A DNA stretch of 64,000 nucleotides from Leptospira sp. (GTDB lineage: Bacteria > Spirochaetota > Leptospiria > Leptospirales > Leptospiraceae): NCBI GenBank assembly GCA_034439575.1, contig JAWXAQ010000016.1:64001-128000 (forward strand). The letters run 5' to 3'. Numbering within the stretch: the stretch's first letter is position 1; each line of letters begins with the position of its first letter. The translations under genes were made by a program, and so were the position numbers. Under the pieces are notes generated by a model. It was not told the DNA's origin, did not search any database, and was given only the letters and a program-made list of their open reading frames with translations. This document shows positions 57,130 through 64,000 of this stretch, in pieces.

Positions 57130-60100
57130 TTGCCAATCAGTTATCATCATAGTTTGGACTTATCAAAATTGGCACATGTATTGCAAGATTCCATTACTAC
57201 AGAACAAAAAGATTTTCCATTACATTCTCCAATCGTAGTTGTTCCAAATCCGAATATAGAACGATGGCTGAAAATAAATTTACCCAAATACGCACCCGCA
57301 AATATTTCACTTAATGTCCGTTATATATTTTTGGAAAAATTGTTTGAAGACATATTTTTGGAAGGAGCCCCGAGTTCTTTAAAAATATTAAATCAATCCG
57401 AAATTGAAAAATTAATTTTTAAATATTTATGGAAGCATAAATCAGAGAAATTTTTATCTTTTTTGGAAAATTATTTAGAATCGGCACTCAGAACTTTCTA
57501 TTTAAGTAAAAAACTCGGAATCTATTTCAAAGATTATGAACTGAATAGATCCTTTTGGATTGCAGATTGGGCGAAAGAAAAAGGAATCAGTATTCCTGTT
57601 TTTTCAAAAAGTGAGTCTTCGAAATTAAATGAAGTTTCTGAATATTATAATTTTCAAAAGCGAATATATTCTGATTTATTTTTGAATACGGAAGATCAAA
57701 TATTTACTTTTGGACAATTCTTAATTAGACAAACGCAATATAATGAAAAAAATAAATTTAATCATAAGTCCATACACTTATTTTGTTTAGCAAATTTATC
57801 TGATACCTATCTAAATACTCTAGCTCAATTATCAAATATTTCAAAGTTAAATATTCACTTTTACCAATTTCACACAGGAAATAGCGACTTAGGAACTATA
57901 TCAAACGTCAAAAGTCCTGTTCGTTGGAGTTATCCACAAGTAATGATGTCAGATTCACTAACAAAACTTACATCAAATTCAAGTAATTCGAAAGAAAACA
58001 ATCTTGATCCTAAATTTCCAATTGGGCTCACCGCATTACATAATTTACTGCAAGGTAAATCGATTGATAGTAATTTAGAAAAATATCAAAATTATGCGGC
58101 GACAGCGGATGCCTCTATTCGTTTTTGGAACGCTCCTTCCACTTATCGCGAATTAGAATCTGTAGCTAATGATATTTTATACAAAATGAATTTGGCAAAA
58201 ACAAATAAAGAAGAACTATCATTATTAGATTTTGCAGTTCTCGTAACAGACATTAAATCGTACAGATCGGCGATAGATTGGGTATTTGACGGTGGTGTAT
58301 TGATCGAAACCAATTCACCGCAAAATAAAAAAATCCTAAGAGAAAAAATTCCGTATTCATTAGTAGACTTAAAGGCATCTGAAGCCTCACCCCTATTTCG
58401 ATTCTTAAGAGACTTCTGGCAAATATGTAAACCTTCCGGGTTTTTATATTCTGAATTTTTACAACTTATACGAAATCCTATACTTCAAAATTCTGATTTA
58501 GATGGAGAGAGATTAGCAGCCATAGAATCATGCTTTGAAATGTTAGGTGTAGCTTATCAAGATACTTTTTTAACTAGAACAAATGATCCTTCACAAATAT
58601 CAGAAGGTATTAAAAGAGCCGTGCTCTCCACTTTATTATCAGAAAAATTTGATTGGGAAAAATTGAATCTTTTTCCATTTGAAATAGAGGAAGATGATAT
58701 TGTTATTTTGATCGCCGATATATGGGACCATATATATGAAGCACAGAGAGAAATAGTAAACATATTACAATTTAAAGAATGGTCAGAAGGTAACCTAAAC
58801 AAAATCAAAGAGATTCTTATCACTCTTCTCAATTTCGATAAAAACGATTTGGAATATAAAAGAGAATTCAATTATTTTATTGAACAATTGTTATGTTGGG
58901 AAAACATAAATTTGGAAATGGAAGATGGTCTTGATATTTTAAAAATGATTACTAATCAATCATTTGACGGTATTAATGTCAAAAAAGGAGATTATCTAAC
59001 AGGTGGTATCACAATTTCCTTATTACAGCCGATGCGTCCATTACCTTTCAAACATGTTTATATAATTGGATTAGGTGAAGGAAAATTTCCAGGATCAGGT
59101 GATAAATCCCAATTAAACCTGCGTAAGGAAATTCCAGAAGTTTGGGATTTAGATCGAAAACAAATTCAGGAATCTCTATTTTGGGAAAGTTTGTTTTCGG
59201 CAACTATGTCAATCACTTTAAGTTATGTAGGGAAAAACACGAAGGAGGATAAAGAATTTGAACCTTGCTCCAGTTATCTGGAATTAATGCAAGCTTTCGG
59301 TTTTGAAAAAGCAATTCAAATTCCACTCGTTGCGTATAGCAACGAATATACTCATGAATCTGATACTTTGAAATTGGGTTTAGTAAGCTATGACTATTCA
59401 CGAATCTGGTTTAATGATGAGAAAGCAAACCCTGAGACACTCAAACAATTTCAAAATCCCGATAGTTTAGAAGTTTCTATCAAAAAGGAAAAATCTAAAA
59501 GAATTAATATTTTTGAATTAGTTCAATATCTAAAAGATCCCTTGGATACTTACCTTAGAAAAAATCTAGGGATGTACATCAGCGGAGATGAATTAAATGA
59601 CAAAGAAGAATTATTTTCTTTGGATCATTTAAATAGATCAATCATTATAAAAGAAATTTTTAATCATGTTTTCCCTACCCTAGTCACAAAGAATACTATT
59701 TGGAATAGAGGGCGCATTGAAGAAATATTGGACAGCATCGTTTATACAGAAATTAGAAAAGCAAAATTTCCTAATGGTGCTTTTACTGAATTAGAAAGAT
59801 CCCGCATACTAGATCATTTTGAAAACTTATTTGCTACATTTGTTGATTGGCAAAACTTACTATCGGGTGCCACGTATTACCCGAAAGTAAGTTTCGGAAA
59901 TACAGGATTAAACCCAAGTCTATGCAGACAATATCCGTACATTGATATAAAAGGAAATACGAATGTAACTCTGTCTGGCGAATGGGAGCATTTTTTTATC
60001 AAAGAGGAAAGAGTTTATTTGATTTATACAAAATCATTATATAGTAACCCAAAAAAAATTGGAGACTTTGGATTTCCTAAGGATTATTTTGGGAACAGAA

Positions 60101-60555
60101 TTGAACTATTTCTAACTTACTTGTGTTTCAAAAAAAACAATCTAACATTAAGTATATTAACTACGAACCAAAAGAACGATGACAATTCTTTGAAACCAGA
60201 AATAGTATTTTCCTATCCGATTTCTGAAAAATTACAAAGTAATTATATACTAGATCTAGTGGATCATTTTCTATCAAACGATCCTATATTCTTTTCAAGA
60301 TTTGCGTATCAAAATTTTTATATTGATAAGATAATGAAAAACTCAGCCTTGATTGATCTGTCTTCTTTGGAAAATGATTGGTTAAATTATCATACGGAAG
60401 AAAAAGATTTTATCGCACATCACCTGACACCTATTACGAAACTTTATCCAAAAATTGACAAATACATTCAAAATCCAAGTTTATCTTTTGCGAATCGTTT
60501 TTATCTTCCCTTAGGTGAACAAAAATTGAAAAATTCTAAAGAGGATACTTTATGA
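57130..60555 (+). CDS. recC: Exodeoxyribonuclease V gamma subunit
   Basis: IVVVPN..IERWLK, RELE, LQPMRPLPFK; TTG start 57130 after AGGAG; coupled to recB. Confidence 0.88.
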   Translation: MPISYHHSLDLSKLAHVLQDSITTEQKDFPLHSPIVVVPNPNIERWLKINLPKYAPANISLNVRYIFLEKLFEDIFLEGAPSSLKILNQSEIEKLIFKYLWKHKSEKFLSFLENYLESALRTFYLSKKLGIYFKDYELNRSFWIADWAKEKGISIPVFSKSESSKLNEVSEYYNFQKRIYSDLFLNTEDQIFTFGQFLIRQTQYNEKNKFNHKSIHLFCLANLSDTYLNTLAQLSNISKLNIHFYQFHTGNSDLGTISNVKSPVRWSYPQVMMSDSLTKLTSNSSNSKENNLDPKFPIGLTALHNLLQGKSIDSNLEKYQNYAATADASIRFWNAPSTYRELESVANDILYKMNLAKTNKEELSLLDFAVLVTDIKSYRSAIDWVFDGGVLIETNSPQNKKILREKIPYSLVDLKASEASPLFRFLRDFWQICKPSGFLYSEFLQLIRNPILQNSDLDGERLAAIESCFEMLGVAYQDTFLTRTNDPSQISEGIKRAVLSTLLSEKFDWEKLNLFPFEIEEDDIVILIADIWDHIYEAQREIVNILQFKEWSEGNLNKIKEILITLLNFDKNDLEYKREFNYFIEQLLCWENINLEMEDGLDILKMITNQSFDGINVKKGDYLTGGITISLLQPMRPLPFKHVYIIGLGEGKFPGSGDKSQLNLRKEIPEVWDLDRKQIQESLFWESLFSATMSITLSYVGKNTKEDKEFEPCSSYLELMQAFGFEKAIQIPLVAYSNEYTHESDTLKLGLVSYDYSRIWFNDEKANPETLKQFQNPDSLEVSIKKEKSKRINIFELVQYLKDPLDTYLRKNLGMYISGDELNDKEELFSLDHLNRSIIIKEIFNHVFPTLVTKNTIWNRGRIEEILDSIVYTEIRKAKFPNGAFTELERSRILDHFENLFATFVDWQNLLSGATYYPKVSFGNTGLNPSLCRQYPYIDIKGNTNVTLSGEWEHFFIKEERVYLIYTKSLYSNPKKIGDFGFPKDYFGNRIELFLTYLCFKKNNLTLSILTTNQKNDDNSLKPEIVFSYPISEKLQSNYILDLVDHFLSNDPIFFSRFAYQNFYIDKIMKNSALIDLSSLENDWLNYHTEEKDFIAHHLTPITKLYPKIDKYIQNPSLSFANRFYLPLGEQKLKNSKEDTL

Positions 60556-63500
60556 AAAGTACCTTTATAGAAGCATCGGCGGGAACTGGTAAAACATATA
60601 CGATAATGGAATACCTTTCCAAGTGGATGTTAGAACACAAAAACGATATAGATAATATTTTAACGAAGGTTTTGATTCTTACTTTTACAGAGAAAGCCGC
60701 AGGTGAATTAAAAGAAAGACTACGAAATAAAATATTAGAGCTAAAAAAAGAATCAAAAGAAAAAGAACTTGATCGCTATATTTTAGAATTGGATCAAGTG
60801 ACAATTTCGACAATCCATGGATTTTGTAACATGGTTTTACGCGAATACCCGGTTGAGACCAATTCTATTGATGAATGGCAGATAACAGATGTAAAAGCTA
60901 AAATTAAAGATATTTTTTATGAGTTAAAACATAACGAATGGAAACATTTTCAAATGCCAGAAGGCAAATTGAGCCAATTACTTATAGTTACAAATTTTTT
61001 TGATCAATATGAAGAGACTATTTCTAATTCAGCAATCAGAATATTAAGTGGAAGATCTTATAATATTGAAAATGAAATTGAATTAGAATTTAAAGGTAAC
61101 TTAGAAGAATTTGAGATATCTTTCGCAGAATTTGCATTAGAGGTTAATAAATATACGCAAAGTGTCATATCAGAGGACGTGCAGTCAATTCTTATGGCAT
61201 CTTATCGAAATGATACCTTTAGTCCCTATTGGAAGAAATTAAATGAAATATTAAATTCCGAAATAGATTTAAATCTCCAGACTAAAATAGTAAGTATATT
61301 AAAATTGTTTTCTCTTTCAGATTTGAATGGGGATCCGAACCTTGAAAATTTTATAATAACAAATGATTCTTTTCAAAAAAAAGCCCTTAAGACAAATTCC
61401 CAAGAAAAATACATCTTAAACAATACTGAAATTTTAAAAAAATTAAGAACAATTATTAAATCGCTAAATTCTATTTTACCAGCGAAAGAATTTATATATA
61501 AAACTGTCCTTTATATAGTAGGAAAAATCAATGAAACTTATAAATCATCAAAGGCCATCAGTTATGATCATATGGTATTGCAAGTAAGAAATACCTTAGC
61601 CACTAACAAAATATTAGTCGAAGCATTGCAAAAACGATTTACTATTTGTATGTTGGATGAATTCCAAGATACGGATTTAGTTCAATATGAAATATTTAAA
61701 ATGATCTTTTTAGACCCAAATACTCAGAACCATTTTCTTTATATGATTGGCGATCCGAAACAATCAATTTATGGTTTCCGCGGTGCAGATTTAGGCACAT
61801 ACCTCCAAGCAAAAAAGGAAATTGGTAAAGAGAATCACCTAACCTTAAAAACAAATTACCGTTCCGTTAAATCTCTCATTCAAGCGACCAATGAAATATT
61901 CAACCAAAAAGGTATATTTTTCCCTATTGAGGAAGTCGGAATTTCCGAAAATCAAATTTCATTTGAACCAGTCGAAGCCCCTCCTGACCATTTACAAAAG
62001 GTTAAACTTTCTGATAAATTTAATAAAGGTCCGATACACATCATAAAATTTAATGAAGGAAATGATGAAACATTACCTTCAATAAATAAAGCACTAGCAG
62101 AAGATAAATGGAATCAATTTATCGCGAATGAAATAATTAAACTGTCAAAAGATAATTTTTGTTTTTTAAAAAATGATTCGATCGTAAATTTAAAATATTC
62201 TGATATTGCGATACTAGTTAAAAATAGAAAAACAGGCATAGCAACTGAATCTGTTTTAAGAAAACATGGAATCCCTTGTACTTTCTACAAACAAACTGGT
62301 ATTTATCAATCACGAGAAGCCGATCAAATGATCAATATTCTTGAATGCCTTCTAGATCCAAACAAGCCATCAAGTTATCGAAAACTATTATTATGCGATT
62401 TATTTCAGATCAATCCAAACCAACTCATCGCATTTGATGAACATTCTATCGATTCTTATGAAAAACAAACACTCGATAAATGGAGAAAATTAATTCAAAC
62501 AAACCAGTTTGGGGAATTTTTTAGACGAATAGAGGAAGATACGAGAATCTTTTTTTCTGCAGATGACAGAGACTTGAGTTGGGAACGAAGAAGAACAAAT
62601 TATCGACAAATATTACAACGATTATTGGAATATCAAATTACGAATCAAGCTAACTTATCAGAATTATTAACAATTCTTAAAATGTGGAAATCTGACAATA
62701 GAACTGAAGACGAACAACCATTATTCGATATAGAAACAGAATCAGACACTATAAAAATATTAACGATTCATGCCTCTAAAGGATTGGAATGGCCAGTGGT
62801 CTTTGTAAATGATTTTTCATCTCCTCCCATCTCACTAAAAGACTATGACTATCCAAGTGAATCCGAAATGGGTAGAATATGGAAATTATCATTATGGGAA
62901 GAAGATAAAAATGCCTATTATCAATACAAAGCAAATGAAGACAAGCGTCTGTTATACGTAGCATTGACAAGACCACAAGTGAGACTGTATCTACCTTATA
63001 TTCAATTAAAAGATAAAAAAGGATCATATTCTCAATTTTTATTTAAAGCCATATCTTCTATCGAGAATAAAGTTTTAAATGGAGAACTTAAAGATCAATT
63101 TACGTTTAGAAATTCAAAAATAGGTCAAATTGAAAATTTAAAAGTTAATTTATCTAGCGAGTTCCAGATACAACAAGGTACGAAAAATCCATTAATCTGT
63201 TTGGATCATTCTCCATTGAATCAAAAAAGAAGAATATTTTTGCATAGTTATTCTTCATTGAAGAAAGGGATACAAAAAGAATATACACGGTTAGATGAAG
63301 AAATGATTCAATTGAATGAAGAGGTTGAAGTATCAATTGCAGATATTTTACCCTCTTCTGCGAATATGGGAACTTTTTTACATAAACTATTAGAAGAAAT
63401 TAATTTTTCCGAATTTGATGTTAATTTTCATACTTTAGCTAATTCTAATATAGATTGGAATTCGATATTGGACAAAAACATATTAAAATTTGATATAGAA

Positions 63501-64000
63501 ACGGAAATTAAATCTATACAAAATGGAAAAAGTATAATTCATCAAATGATTTATAATACAATCCATACAAAATTAGAGCTTATAGATCAATCCAATGTCA
63601 GTTTGAGAGACATCGAAGAATCAAATATGGCAAAGGAAATGGATTTTAGTATGCTGATTGAAGAGAGTGAAATCAAAGGTGCACTCGGAAATTTTTTAAA
63701 GGGCAGCATAGATTTAGTTTTCTCTAAGAATGGAAAGTATTATATTGCAGACTACAAATCTGACAAATTATTTTCTTATGAAGAACAGTTTCTTATGACT
63801 AAAATCTATGAGAACAATTACAATCTTCAAAGGGATTTTTATGCTTATGTTTTCTTTACTTATTTAAAATCCTTAAGTGATGAAAAAACAGCCTTATCAC
63901 AATTTGGCGGAGTTTATTATCTTTTCCTCCGAGGTATGGATCCAAAGAAAAAAAATATGGGGATTTATTCAGATTTAGGAAAAGGTAATGATGGTGCCTG
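60552..64000 (+). CDS. recB: Exodeoxyribonuclease V beta subunit (3' truncated; absent from ORF track)
   Basis: IEASAGTGKT, LTFTEKAA, DEFQDTD, IGDPKQSIYGFRGAD, TIHASKGLEW, YVALTR, GSIDL...IADYKS. Confidence 0.93.
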   Translation, partial: MKSTFIEASAGTGKTYTIMEYLSKWMLEHKNDIDNILTKVLILTFTEKAAGELKERLRNKILELKKESKEKELDRYILELDQVTISTIHGFCNMVLREYPVETNSIDEWQITDVKAKIKDIFYELKHNEWKHFQMPEGKLSQLLIVTNFFDQYEETISNSAIRILSGRSYNIENEIELEFKGNLEEFEISFAEFALEVNKYTQSVISEDVQSILMASYRNDTFSPYWKKLNEILNSEIDLNLQTKIVSILKLFSLSDLNGDPNLENFIITNDSFQKKALKTNSQEKYILNNTEILKKLRTIIKSLNSILPAKEFIYKTVLYIVGKINETYKSSKAISYDHMVLQVRNTLATNKILVEALQKRFTICMLDEFQDTDLVQYEIFKMIFLDPNTQNHFLYMIGDPKQSIYGFRGADLGTYLQAKKEIGKENHLTLKTNYRSVKSLIQATNEIFNQKGIFFPIEEVGISENQISFEPVEAPPDHLQKVKLSDKFNKGPIHIIKFNEGNDETLPSINKALAEDKWNQFIANEIIKLSKDNFCFLKNDSIVNLKYSDIAILVKNRKTGIATESVLRKHGIPCTFYKQTGIYQSREADQMINILECLLDPNKPSSYRKLLLCDLFQINPNQLIAFDEHSIDSYEKQTLDKWRKLIQTNQFGEFFRRIEEDTRIFFSADDRDLSWERRRTNYRQILQRLLEYQITNQANLSELLTILKMWKSDNRTEDEQPLFDIETESDTIKILTIHASKGLEWPVVFVNDFSSPPISLKDYDYPSESEMGRIWKLSLWEEDKNAYYQYKANEDKRLLYVALTRPQVRLYLPYIQLKDKKGSYSQFLFKAISSIENKVLNGELKDQFTFRNSKIGQIENLKVNLSSEFQIQQGTKNPLICLDHSPLNQKRRIFLHSYSSLKKGIQKEYTRLDEEMIQLNEEVEVSIADILPSSANMGTFLHKLLEEINFSEFDVNFHTLANSNIDWNSILDKNILKFDIETEIKSIQNGKSIIHQMIYNTIHTKLELIDQSNVSLRDIEESNMAKEMDFSMLIEESEIKGALGNFLKGSIDLVFSKNGKYYIADYKSDKLFSYEEQFLMTKIYENNYNLQRDFYAYVFFTYLKSLSDEKTALSQFGGVYYLFLRGMDPKKKNMGIYSDLGKGNDGA

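Noticed and set aside
57030-57150. Head-to-head overlap of recC and the cyclase gene
   Set aside because: Artefact of longest-ORF calling; starts at 57130 (+) and 57030 (-) remove the overlap.
60556-64000. Apparent ORF-free region in the track
   Set aside because: It is recB running off the window without a stop codon.

Overview
Bases 1 to about 43,660 are the right-hand part of a large, apparently intact tailed prophage. It looks siphovirus-like, since no tail sheath gene is visible. Its left end, and any repressor or integrase, lie outside the window. The host is low-GC and its genes and lipoproteins look like Leptospira (inference). Gene order: SbcC/Rad50-like ATPase and early genes, DNA-modification genes, two small terminase-like genes and TerL, portal, scaffold, capsid, head-tail genes, tail tube, a frameshifted tail chaperone, tape measure, baseplate and fibres, a lysis cassette, then an accessory arm. 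The arm carries a ParB-like gene, a SIR2-like gene, an iteron-like array and lipoproteins. The prophage ends without an integrase at two inverted Xer dif-like sites (43528-43557 and 43629-43656) that can fold into a forked hairpin. This suggests a tailed phage or phage-plasmid that integrates through host XerCD. The rest of the window is host chromosome: lipoproteins, SrkA kinase, a GGDEF regulator, a PAS chemoreceptor, a hydrolase, a histidine kinase, an adenylate cyclase, recC and a partial recB. All family assignments come from motif recognition by eye; no database searches were run.
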